Below are positions 47,369 to 56,329 of a stretch of 64,000 bases of DNA, piece after piece. The stretch lies in assembly GCA_030674475.1 (NCBI GenBank), contig JAUSCZ010000023.1, positions 87,819-151,818 on the forward strand, written 5' to 3'. This stretch comes from Candidatus Omnitrophota bacterium. GTDB lineage: Bacteria; Omnitrophota; Gorgyraeia; Gygaellales; UBA12090. Under the pieces are notes generated by a model that had not been told where the DNA came from, searched no databases, and saw only the letters and a list, made by a program, of their open reading frames with translations. The position numbers and the translations under genes are program-made. The stretch's first letter is position 1; every line of letters begins with the position of its first letter.

Positions 47369-48112
47369 ATGTTTAATAAAATATTCAAAGCGGACACCCG
47401 TTGGTATGCCGCGGCCTTTATTGTTATCCTTCTGGTATCGGCAAAGTTTTATCAGCCTAAGGATATAGGCTATGTATTTTCAATCTGTGTTTCAAGCTGT
47501 ATTTTAGATTTTATCATACTGTGTTTAATCAACCGCAGGCCTTCTTTTCCCTTGAGCGCCCTGGTAAGCGGCTTAATAATCTCCGGGGTATTGGCCCCCG
47601 GCAGTTTTTCTTATGTGGCGGCGCTGGCGGCTATTTTTTCTAAACATATAATCAGGATTTCCGGAAGGCATATCTTTAATCCGGCTGGGTTCGGACTTTT
47701 TATTGCCAACGTTTTTTTAGGCCTGCCGCTTATCTGGACAGTATACGTGAATCCCTGGTTAGCGGTTCTATTCGGCCTGTTCCTGGCTTATAGGGTTAGA
47801 AAGCTAAGTTTAGTTCTTAGTTTCACCTTAAGCCTTTTTTTGTTATCCTTAGCGTATAGCCTGATTACGCGTCAGGGAGCATGGGCTAATGCCGGGCTTC
47901 TGAATTATTTCTTTATTTTCTTTATGCTCATTGAACCTAAGACCTCCCCGGTTTATTTAAGAAGCAAGATTATCTATGGTATAATAGTTAGCGTTTTGGT
48001 TATTCTGTGTTTTGCCTTTTTGCCCAAATATGACTTTTTGGTCTTGGGTTTGTTGTCGGGAAATATGCTACATGCCCTGTTGCGGCGAAAGACAGCTTTA
48101 AACTGGAGGTGA
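47369..48112 (+). CDS. short RnfD/NqrB-like polytopic membrane protein (247 aa), lacking the usual C-terminal flavin-attachment region
   Basis: HIFNPAGFGLF resembles the GxNxFNPA motif and FFMLIEPKTSP resembles the FFMxTDPVTSP motif of RnfD/NqrB. The protein is about 100 aa shorter than canonical RnfD. Confidence 0.4.
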   Translation: MFNKIFKADTRWYAAAFIVILLVSAKFYQPKDIGYVFSICVSSCILDFIILCLINRRPSFPLSALVSGLIISGVLAPGSFSYVAALAAIFSKHIIRISGRHIFNPAGFGLFIANVFLGLPLIWTVYVNPWLAVLFGLFLAYRVRKLSLVLSFTLSLFLLSLAYSLITRQGAWANAGLLNYFFIFFMLIEPKTSPVYLRSKIIYGIIVSVLVILCFAFLPKYDFLVLGLLSGNMLHALLRRKTALNWR

Positions 48113-48115
48113 AAT

Positions 48116-48226
48116 ATGGTTACAGTTATAGTGGTATTAGTCGTGGTTTTGATTATCGCGGCCTTCTTGCTCAAGAATAAAGGCGGTGGATGCGGCTGTG
48201 GAAGCACTCCTGAGAAAAAAGCTTGA
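48116..48226 (+). CDS. FeoB-associated Cys-rich membrane peptide-like small ORF (36 aa)
   Basis: MVTVIVVLVVVLIIAAFLLKNKGGGCGCGSTPEKKA: single TM helix, then basic residues, then a GCGCG cluster. GGAGGT 5 nt upstream of ATG. Overlaps the start of the next gene in another frame. Confidence 0.4.
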   Translation: MVTVIVVLVVVLIIAAFLLKNKGGGCGCGSTPEKKA

Positions 48227-49034
48227 GAAATTAAAAGAGGCCCTCTTATCCTATAAGAAGGTGGTTATTGCTTATTCCGGCGGGGTTGATTCCAGCTTCT
48301 TGCTTAAATGCTGTGTTGATTTTTTAGGTCCAGACCAGACTATCGCGGTAACCGCGGTTTCGCCTACCTATACCCGAAAAGAACTGCAAACCGCCCAGGA
48401 AATTGCCCAAGGGTTAGGGGTTATTCACAAAATTATTCACACCTCGGAAGTAGATGACCCAAATTTCAAGGCCAATCCCCAGAACCGCTGTTACTATTGT
48501 AAGAGCGAACTATTTTCCCTGTTGCAGTCATTAGCCAAAAAAGAGAAGGTGAGCTTTGTCCTGGACGGCACCAATGCCGATGACCTGAAAGACTATCGTC
48601 CGGGAAGCCTGGCTAAGAATGAGTTGGGAGTAAAATCGCCATTGGCTGAGGCGAATTTTACCAAAGAAGAAATCCGTGCTGCCTCTAAGGAATTGGGATT
48701 AGCAACCTGGGACGCGCCCCAGATGTCCTGTCTGGCCTCGCGTTTTGCCTACGGCCAGGAAATAAGATTAGAGGATTTAAGCCGGATTGAAAAAGCGGAA
48801 AATTACATCCGCGCCTTAGGCTTTAAGATGGTGCGCCTGCGGCATTATAAGCTCGCGGATGAAACCCTTTTGGCCCGCCTGGAGGTGGAGGGGGAAGATG
48901 TAGAGAAGGTTGCAAGTTACAAGTTGCAAGTTACAAATAAATTGAAAGAATTGGGATATAATTATATCACGCTGGATTTGGAAGGATATCGAACAGGAAG
49001 CATGAATGAGGGAATAACCGGAGGTAAGATATAA
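48186..49034 (+). CDS. PP-loop ATP pyrophosphatase, LarE-like ATP-dependent sulfur transferase family (COG1606)
   Basis: SGGVDSS PP-loop motif (VVIAYSGGVDSSF), 282 aa; family-typical Cys (QMSCLASRF). Confidence 0.6.
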   Translation: MDAAVEALLRKKLEKLKEALLSYKKVVIAYSGGVDSSFLLKCCVDFLGPDQTIAVTAVSPTYTRKELQTAQEIAQGLGVIHKIIHTSEVDDPNFKANPQNRCYYCKSELFSLLQSLAKKEKVSFVLDGTNADDLKDYRPGSLAKNELGVKSPLAEANFTKEEIRAASKELGLATWDAPQMSCLASRFAYGQEIRLEDLSRIEKAENYIRALGFKMVRLRHYKLADETLLARLEVEGEDVEKVASYKLQVTNKLKELGYNYITLDLEGYRTGSMNEGITGGKI

Positions 49035-49035
49035 A

Positions 49036-50199
49036 ATGGAACGGATATATTTAGATTACGCGGCTACTACGCCTTGCGACGCGCGGGTAGTGGAGGCAAT
49101 GCAGCCGTATTTTAGCGAGAAGTTCGGCAATCCCTCAAGCATACATTCTTTTGGTCAGGAGGCCAAGAAGGGTTTGGAGGATAGCCGTCAGGTTTTAGCG
49201 GATTTTTTGGGGGCAAAGCCTGAAGAGATTGTTTTTACCTCTGGTGGCACTGAGTCTAATAATTTTGCAATTTTTGGCATTGCCGCGGCGCAAGAGAAAA
49301 AAGGTAATCATATTATTACCAGCGTGATTGAACATCACGCGGTGAGCGAGCCGTGCAAAGTTTTAGAGAAGAAAGGCTATGCTACAACTTATGTGAAAGT
49401 GGATAAAGAGGGCATAATTGATCCGGCCGAGGTTAAAAAAGCGATTACCGATAAAACGGTCTTGATCTCCATAATGCAGGCTAATAATGAAATTGGGACC
49501 ATTCAGCCCATAGCGGAAATCGGTAAAATTGCCAAAGAAAAAGGGATTACCTTTCATACCGACGCGGTGCAAAGCGTAGGCCATATCCCGGTCAATGTCA
49601 ATGAGTTGAGTGTGGATTTATTAAGCCTTTCGGCGCATAAGTTTTACGGGCCCAAAGGGGTCGGGGCGTTGTATATCCGTAAGGGCATCCGGATAAACCG
49701 TCTTTTGCATGGTGGAGACCAGGAAAAAGGCCGCCGGGCCTCAACCTCTAATGTCAGCGGTATTGTGGGCATGGCCAAGGCCATTGAATTATGTAAAGAA
49801 AAGTTAAATGAGGAAGTCAAATTTCAGTCTGATTTACGCGATACCCTGATTAAAGGTTTAACGGCTAAGATTGAGAGAATTTATCTTAATGGCCATTCTA
49901 AATTGAGACTGCCTAACAATGTAAATATATCTTTTGAGTATATTGAAGGCGAGTCAATGCTTTTGAATCTGGATATGTTAGGGATTGCCGCTTCCACCGG
50001 CTCAGCCTGCACCTCCAGTTTTTTAGAGCCTTCCCATGTCCTGCTGGCTATTGGCCGTCCGCATGATCTAGCCCATGGCTCATTAAGGTTTTCTTTAGGC
50101 CGCTGGACTAAAAAAAGCGATATTGATTACCTTATTGAGGTTCTTCCGGGAATAGTGGATAAATTGCGCCAGATGTCGCCTCTATATGAAAAAAAATAA
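49036..50199 (+). CDS. nifS: cysteine desulfurase (NifS/IscS class)
   Basis: PLP-Lys motif SAHKFYGPKG, active-site loop SGSACTS, 387 aa. Confidence 0.85.
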   Translation: MERIYLDYAATTPCDARVVEAMQPYFSEKFGNPSSIHSFGQEAKKGLEDSRQVLADFLGAKPEEIVFTSGGTESNNFAIFGIAAAQEKKGNHIITSVIEHHAVSEPCKVLEKKGYATTYVKVDKEGIIDPAEVKKAITDKTVLISIMQANNEIGTIQPIAEIGKIAKEKGITFHTDAVQSVGHIPVNVNELSVDLLSLSAHKFYGPKGVGALYIRKGIRINRLLHGGDQEKGRRASTSNVSGIVGMAKAIELCKEKLNEEVKFQSDLRDTLIKGLTAKIERIYLNGHSKLRLPNNVNISFEYIEGESMLLNLDMLGIAASTGSACTSSFLEPSHVLLAIGRPHDLAHGSLRFSLGRWTKKSDIDYLIEVLPGIVDKLRQMSPLYEKK

Positions 50200-51217
50200 G
50201 AAAGCGTTAAGAACTAAAAAATACAGGCTGATGCCAGGAGATGGTAGTTTTATAGCGCGTATCACGGATAGCGTGCTTAAAGGGAGAGAGGTGAATCTCA
50301 GGCAGGCTAAGAGGCTGAACGCGATAAAAGGCGACGATATTTACAGTCTTTTTAATTCGGCCTACAAAATCCGCAAGAAATTTCGGGGGAAAAAGGTGGA
50401 GCTTTGCGCCATCACCAATGCCCGAAGCGGGGCCTGCGCGGAGAACTGCGCTTTTTGCGCCCAGTCCAGTTGGAATAAAACCGCGGTTAAGGTTTATCCC
50501 TTACTTAGCGAGAATGAGCTCTTTAAAAGGGCTAAGCAGGCCCAAAAAACCGGGGCGGGTTATTTTTGTATTGTTACCAGCGGCCGGCGCATCCAGAAGA
50601 AAAGCGATTTTTTGAAAATCTGTAAGGCTATTTCCAAAATCCGCTCTAAGCTAAAACTTAATGTTGATGCCTCATTAGGAGAACTAAGCCTTGATGAAGC
50701 CCGGGCGCTTAAAGACGCTGGCTTATTTCGCTATAACCATAACTTGGAGACTGCCGCAAGCCTGTATCCGGAAGTCTGCACTACCCACACCTATTCTGAC
50801 CGGATAAGGACAATTGAAAATGTCAAACAGGCGGGTTTAGAACTTTGCTGCGGCGGGATATTCGGGATGGGGGAGAGCTGGGCCCAGAGACTGGATCTGG
50901 CTTTTGCCTTGAAAAAGTTTAACCCGGAGTGCATCCCGGTAAACTTCCTGAATCCTGTTGCCGGAACTAGACTTGGCCGGAAAAAACCCTTATCTCCCCT
51001 GGAATTCCTCAAGATTACCGCTATCCTGCGTTTTATCTTTCCCCGCCAGGAAATAAAAATCTGCGGTGGCAGAGAGACCAACCTAAGGAGCCTTCAGCCG
51101 TTAATGTTTTTGGCCGGAGCAGACTCAATGATTATCGGCGACTACCTCACCACCAAAGGCAATCCTCCCCAGGACGACCTTAAAATGATTCAGGATTTAG
51201 GTTTATCCACGAATTGA
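50186..51217 (+). CDS. bioB: biotin synthase-like radical SAM enzyme
   Basis: CxxxCxxC (CAENCAFC) radical-SAM triad, YNHNLETA motif as in BioB; genomic context with bioF/bioC/bioH/bioDA. Confidence 0.65.
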   Translation: MKKNKKALRTKKYRLMPGDGSFIARITDSVLKGREVNLRQAKRLNAIKGDDIYSLFNSAYKIRKKFRGKKVELCAITNARSGACAENCAFCAQSSWNKTAVKVYPLLSENELFKRAKQAQKTGAGYFCIVTSGRRIQKKSDFLKICKAISKIRSKLKLNVDASLGELSLDEARALKDAGLFRYNHNLETAASLYPEVCTTHTYSDRIRTIENVKQAGLELCCGGIFGMGESWAQRLDLAFALKKFNPECIPVNFLNPVAGTRLGRKKPLSPLEFLKITAILRFIFPRQEIKICGGRETNLRSLQPLMFLAGADSMIIGDYLTTKGNPPQDDLKMIQDLGLSTN

Positions 51218-51232
51218 CCCGGACGTGCTACA

Positions 51233-51275
51233 GTAGCGGCGCGATTTATCGCGCTTGGAAGGAGATTTTCGGGTG
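51233..51275 (+). promoter_or_regulatory. conserved leader element (palindrome GGCGCGAT-TT-ATCGCGCT + AAGGAG + N8 + GTG) upstream of bioF; second copy at 62324-62366
   Basis: 43-nt sequence about 88% identical to 62324-62366; the differences inside the palindrome are compensatory. Confidence 0.55.
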
Positions 51276-52436
51276 ATAAATTTTAAAGAAGAATTGGCCG
51301 CGCTGGAAGCCAGAGGCTTAAGGCGCAAAATGCGCTTTGTTTCTTCGTCTTGCGATAGATACATCACGATTGAGGGTAAAAAGGTTTTAAACTTTTGCTC
51401 CAATAATTATCTGGGCCTGGCTAATGATAAACGGCTGAAAGCGGCGGCAATCTCGGCAATCAATAAATTTGGAGTGGGAACTGGGGCCTCAAGATTAGTT
51501 TCCGGCAGTAATATCCTGCATAAGCAATTAGAAGAAAAATTGGCTGATTTTAAAAGGCAGGAAGCCTGTTTAGTTTATCCCAGCGGCTATAGCGCCAATT
51601 TAGGGATAATTTCCGCCTTGGCAGATAGAAACAGTATTGTTTTTTGCGACCGCTTGAATCACGCTTCAATTATTGACGGGATTATCTTAAGCCGGGCCGA
51701 GCTGGTGAGGTATCCGCATCGGGATGTAGAAGCGTTAGAAAAATTGTTAGGTTACCATGTCACAAAGTCACAAAGTCACCAGAAACGATTGATAGTAACC
51801 GATAGCGTATTTAGTATGGATGGGGATATTGCTCCTTTGCCGGAGCTTTTGCGCTTAGCCAAAAAATACGATTGCCTGCTGATGATTGATGAAGCCCACG
51901 CCACCGGCGTTTTGGGTAAGAGCGGCAGAGGGACCTTGGAACATTTTGGCCTCAAGGCCAATAAGCGGATAATCCAGATGGGGACTTTGAGCAAGGCTTT
52001 GGGTGGCCTGGGCGGATTTCTCTGCGCAAGCCGGGAGCTGATTGACTATTTGGTTAACCGTTCGCGTTCCTTTATCTTTAGCACTGCCTTGCCCGCGGCT
52101 CTATGCGCCAGCGCTTTAGAGGCAATCAGGATAATTGAGAGAGGCGGCAATCAGCACGCAAGGCTTTTAAGTAATGCCAATTTTTTAAGAGACGGCCTAA
52201 ACTCCTTAGGTTTTAATACCTTAGAGTCTCAAACCCCGATTATTCCCATCCTCACCAAAGAACCGCGCCTAACCATGGAGTTCAGCCAAAAGCTATTTGA
52301 AAAAGGCATCTTGGTTCAAGGCATCCGCCCCCCGGCTGTCCCCGATAACCTCTGCCGTCTCCGGGTCACGGTGACGGCCAGCCACACCAAAGGCGATTTA
52401 GAGTTTGCCTTAAGTATGTTTAAAAAGATAAGATAA
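51273..52436 (+). CDS. bioF: 8-amino-7-oxononanoate synthase (ORF track starts at TTG 51255; GTG 51273 has AAGGAG 8 nt upstream)
   Basis: Class II aminotransferase fold of alpha-oxoamine synthases; PLP-Lys in TLSKALGGLGG; context with other bio genes. Confidence 0.65.
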   Translation: MINFKEELAALEARGLRRKMRFVSSSCDRYITIEGKKVLNFCSNNYLGLANDKRLKAAAISAINKFGVGTGASRLVSGSNILHKQLEEKLADFKRQEACLVYPSGYSANLGIISALADRNSIVFCDRLNHASIIDGIILSRAELVRYPHRDVEALEKLLGYHVTKSQSHQKRLIVTDSVFSMDGDIAPLPELLRLAKKYDCLLMIDEAHATGVLGKSGRGTLEHFGLKANKRIIQMGTLSKALGGLGGFLCASRELIDYLVNRSRSFIFSTALPAALCASALEAIRIIERGGNQHARLLSNANFLRDGLNSLGFNTLESQTPIIPILTKEPRLTMEFSQKLFEKGILVQGIRPPAVPDNLCRLRVTVTASHTKGDLEFALSMFKKIR

Positions 52437-52527
52437 TAGTAGCTCCTGCCCAAGAAAGCGCTTGCCCAAAACCCCTGTTTTGCCCTTGTTTTTACCCCTT
52501 TTATGTGGTTTACTTTAGGTAGCCGAA

Positions 52528-52638
52528 TTAGTTTATAGCTGATAGTTGATAGTTTAGAGCAAAAGATTAGCGAACTAAATAGAATTTATGTTTGTTTTTT
52601 TGCTATCAACTATCCGCTATCAACTATCAACCAAATAT
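52528..52638 (+). mobile_element. heptamer-array element copy B with terminal inverted heptamer arrays, inserted exactly between the ancestral leader (…CTTTAGGT) and the start codon of giant paralog 3
   Basis: Left array agtttat-agctgat-agttgat-agtttag, right array (reverse complement) gctatca-actatcc-gctatca-actatca. The flanking 52464-52524 aligns with 1424-1476 upstream of paralog 1, where the ATG follows immediately. Confidence 0.65.
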
Positions 52639-55600
52639 ATGCCTTTACGCCTAACCAAATTCCTATCTCTGTTTCTCTCTTTCTGCCTTATCCTTGAGCA
52701 GAGCGTCTTTGCTCAAAGCATAGACCTTTCCCATTACTTTGCCAACTCTGGCAAACCTATTATCCAGAGCGATAAATTTCGGCCCTTACACCTAAGGTAT
52801 CTAGGCTATGATAACTTGAGTCAGGACTTTAAGCTACTTTTAGATAAGGGAGATACTAAGAAGGAGGACTTAGAGAACAAAGCCTACATAGAAGAAAACA
52901 CCCAAACCCTGCTCAAATACTTCTTCATCGGATTAAGCCTGCCTAATGATAAGTTTTGGGTTAACCTAAGGCCGGATGCCTCGGAGAATATCATAGATGA
53001 CGACTTAGCCAAGACAGATATCGGCAGGATTATGCTGGAAGCTGATGTCCAGCTAAAGAAGGATACTGCAAGCTATACCTCACCCCAGGCCAAAGAAGGC
53101 CGGGAATACTGGGATAAGCTGTATAAGAAAGCAGAAGAGCTATTCGGAACCGAAAACATCACCATCCCCACCCTAACTAGGCCATGGATTGTCCCGGACG
53201 AGATTATTTTAAGAGAATCTCCGGATAACAGCGCCTACATTTACAAAGCTACCCTCAAGGTGATGTTGGAAGAGGACTACCTAAAAACCAGCAACCAGCC
53301 CGTCCTGGCAAAGCGAAGCGGGCCAGGGAAACCAGTAACCAGTAACCAGGTATATTCTTTTAGTGACCCCAGGCTAAAAGAGCTTAATCAATATTCTACC
53401 CAGCTAATCAAGGAAACCATAATCCCCAAGCTCACCCAGGAGATCAACTCATCCAGGAGATACGCTCCCCTAAGACAAGTCTATTACTCTCTCATCTTAG
53501 CCCAGCACTTTAAACGGAAGTTTGCCAAGCAGCCCTCGGGGCAGGCAGGAGAAAATCCCTATGTTAAGCTGATTGACTCCTGTAACCTTACCAACCTAAC
53601 CTCCAAAGAACCCTGGGATAAACTTACCTGCTTCCAAGGCTATCAGAAATCCTTTCAGCAGGGAGAATACAATATTCAAGAGCCGGTGTATACGCCTACG
53701 GGGCAGGCAATAAGAAGCTATTTTAGTGGGGGGCAGCTTCTAACAAATATTCTCAGAGTAACAACGGTAACCCCGGGGTTTGGACCACCTTCTATTTCAG
53801 GCAGCATCCATTTGAAAAAAATTGACTATTCTGTTTCGCCGGTTGCCAAAGGGGACGTAAGCCTTTTGACTGGGTTAAGGTCAAGCTCAGCGATTGAGGA
53901 AAGAAATAATGCGTCTTTATTATCTATGGGAAACTCGACCTTGAAAGGAAGGCCAACGAGAATAATGCTTTCTTTCTTTTCTAACGTTCGTGATAAATCT
54001 AAGCTTGACAATCCATTGGGAGTCGCAGTCTTAGGTGGTACTTTGAAACAGCAACTTAAGGATACTGTCCATATTGTTATGGCACATCATCTGATTGATG
54101 GCGGAGTAGAAGGAATCATCGAAAAAATAAAGATTGAGCATCCGGAAATATTAGGATTATCTCTCGGCTTTGGTTCTTTGCAACAACTGATTACTGTTAT
54201 GCAATATATTCGTTCATTGCCAGCCGCGGAAAGACCCATTGTTGCTTTAGGTAATGTTGTAGCGACTTATAACACAGAATTTTTTCTGAAGCAATACCCG
54301 GAGGTTTTTATTTGTGCAGGGCAAGGTGAAATGGCAATAGTCGATCTCGTCAAATATCGCAGAGGCGAAATAAAGAAAAATGAAATACATGATGTTGTGT
54401 ATATGAATGATGGTCAGATTATTGCAAATCCAAGGAGTCAGTCATTTCTCGTAGATATGGGAACGCCTATGACAGACTTTTTGCCCGATGTAGTAAAATC
54501 CGGGGGTGTTGTTTATATGGAGACCTCGCGCGGCTGTCCTTTTAATTGTACGATATGCGCGCGCAGACCTTTTTTGGGCATAGGTTGGAAAGGCAGGAAT
54601 TTAGATAATATTATTGGCGATATGGAGAAGGCGGCTAACTTGGGCGTCAAATTTATTAACTTTGTTGATGAAGATCTATTTGCTGGCGGTATGAAAAGGG
54701 TGATTCGTTTTGCTCAAATGATTCATGAGGCAAGAAAAGCAGGACGGATTCCTGATGATCTTATTTTTGGTACATCGGTAAGCGTAAGGAATATTTACAG
54801 AATAAATGATTCATTAGAAAATAATCTAAAAAGAAAGCAAGCCTTGGAATTATTGAAAGAGGCCGGCCTTACAGTTCTTTTCATAGGGATTGAATCTGGT
54901 TCGCCAAAGCAACTCGAGCGCTATGGTAAGGCTGCAACCATCAAAGAGAACGAGGAAGCCATTAGGATTATTGAGGATTGTGGAATATGGACTATCCCGG
55001 GTTTTATTATGCTGGATCCGCTTGTGACAATAGAGGAGATCAGGGAGAATATTGATTTTTTAAGACGAACAGGGATGGATGCCCGGATTACGTATCCTTT
55101 AAAGACATATATCCCAATGATAGGAAGCTCTTACACTCAAAAATTAATTGAAGAAGGTTTAGTTTATTCAGTCTCCTATATTCCTGATCGGTTAGCATAC
55201 GAATATTCATTTAGAGAAAAAAGAGTCGCAGATATCTTAAAAAGAATAAAAGATTGGGAAGAAAGCCAAGCAATGTTTTTCTGGGATCTAAAAATTATTT
55301 TTCGTTCCTCGCGTTTTGGTGAATTAAGCCGGGATAAACAAGAATTGGTTAGGACATTAGTTGATAAACAAACCAAGATTTTATTAGATTATTTGGATGA
55401 AATGGTTAATCTAAGCTTGAGCGAAATAGAACAAAAAGAAGTTTTTCAGAGAATATCTTTTAAGTTTGGCGTCCGCTTGATTAACGATATGTTGGAGGCC
55501 TTGCAGTACGTGGAAAATGGTTATTTGCCGCTTGGAGACAAAGAATTCAGAAGTATTATACAGAAAAGTATTATTCGGGAGATTTTGCGGTTATACTTTA

Positions 55601-56247
55601 CACAAAAACAATTTTCGATGGAGGAAGTAAGGCGTATTATCTCTGAGGAATTCCACTATAAATTTAAAGAAGATATTTTAAAGGAAATTTTTGCTTTGTT
55701 TATTAAGGAAGAACGCATCAAACAAATAGACGATAAGACGTTCTGCTTACACGAAAAGTTTTTTGTCTACAGGAATATTCCGTGGCCAGATTTGCCTAGG
55801 CCAGCTAAAGTTATAGTTGGCATTGATGATTTGGCAAGCTCGCCGTTGATTCCTCAGAAAGTTAAATTCCCGGGTGGCATCGACTTACGTTTTCTCCCTA
55901 TAGTTACCCAGGCCATAAGCAACCTAAGTTTGAACGCTTCCCGTATTCCTTTAAGCAAGTTGGATAGCATTAACCTTAATCAGGAATGGCGCCAGATACA
56001 AAAGATGGTTGAAGCCGGCATTACGCCATCAGCGGAGAGGATTAAGGAGTATATCCAGCTATCTTATCTTAATAAAGGTGAACCTAATGATATGCAGAAA
56101 GTCATTTCTTGCATTGCGGATATATTAAGATCTGAAGAAGAGCGCTGCGTTTCTACTGAGCCAACGCTAAAAGATATTCTGGTTGTGCTTGAGTCAGGAC
56201 GGTCGGCTCAGGAACTAAAAGCTGTTTTTACCGGTAGTCAGTCCTAA
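52639..56247 (+). CDS. giant paralog 3 (1203 aa from ATG 52639; ORF track begins at 52588 inside the inserted element). Family N module + B12-binding-like domain + radical-SAM core + family C module
   Basis: N-terminal 330 aa align with paralogs 1 and 2. Middle has a Rossmann-like B12-binding region, then radical SAM CxxxCxxC (CPFNCTIC) and FINFVDEDLF. C-terminus has the family C module (GGIDLRFLPIVTQ ... VEAGITPSAERIKEY ... ISCIADILRSEEER). Confidence 0.7.
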   Translation: MPLRLTKFLSLFLSFCLILEQSVFAQSIDLSHYFANSGKPIIQSDKFRPLHLRYLGYDNLSQDFKLLLDKGDTKKEDLENKAYIEENTQTLLKYFFIGLSLPNDKFWVNLRPDASENIIDDDLAKTDIGRIMLEADVQLKKDTASYTSPQAKEGREYWDKLYKKAEELFGTENITIPTLTRPWIVPDEIILRESPDNSAYIYKATLKVMLEEDYLKTSNQPVLAKRSGPGKPVTSNQVYSFSDPRLKELNQYSTQLIKETIIPKLTQEINSSRRYAPLRQVYYSLILAQHFKRKFAKQPSGQAGENPYVKLIDSCNLTNLTSKEPWDKLTCFQGYQKSFQQGEYNIQEPVYTPTGQAIRSYFSGGQLLTNILRVTTVTPGFGPPSISGSIHLKKIDYSVSPVAKGDVSLLTGLRSSSAIEERNNASLLSMGNSTLKGRPTRIMLSFFSNVRDKSKLDNPLGVAVLGGTLKQQLKDTVHIVMAHHLIDGGVEGIIEKIKIEHPEILGLSLGFGSLQQLITVMQYIRSLPAAERPIVALGNVVATYNTEFFLKQYPEVFICAGQGEMAIVDLVKYRRGEIKKNEIHDVVYMNDGQIIANPRSQSFLVDMGTPMTDFLPDVVKSGGVVYMETSRGCPFNCTICARRPFLGIGWKGRNLDNIIGDMEKAANLGVKFINFVDEDLFAGGMKRVIRFAQMIHEARKAGRIPDDLIFGTSVSVRNIYRINDSLENNLKRKQALELLKEAGLTVLFIGIESGSPKQLERYGKAATIKENEEAIRIIEDCGIWTIPGFIMLDPLVTIEEIRENIDFLRRTGMDARITYPLKTYIPMIGSSYTQKLIEEGLVYSVSYIPDRLAYEYSFREKRVADILKRIKDWEESQAMFFWDLKIIFRSSRFGELSRDKQELVRTLVDKQTKILLDYLDEMVNLSLSEIEQKEVFQRISFKFGVRLINDMLEALQYVENGYLPLGDKEFRSIIQKSIIREILRLYFTQKQFSMEEVRRIISEEFHYKFKEDILKEIFALFIKEERIKQIDDKTFCLHEKFFVYRNIPWPDLPRPAKVIVGIDDLASSPLIPQKVKFPGGIDLRFLPIVTQAISNLSLNASRIPLSKLDSINLNQEWRQIQKMVEAGITPSAERIKEYIQLSYLNKGEPNDMQKVISCIADILRSEEERCVSTEPTLKDILVVLESGRSAQELKAVFTGSQS

Positions 56248-56329
56248 CCAAAAAGTGGCATTTCCCGCCTAGTTTATTTTTTTTCCGCCTTCTCTTCCAT
56301 TATTCAATTTATCATTAGTAACTGTTAAG

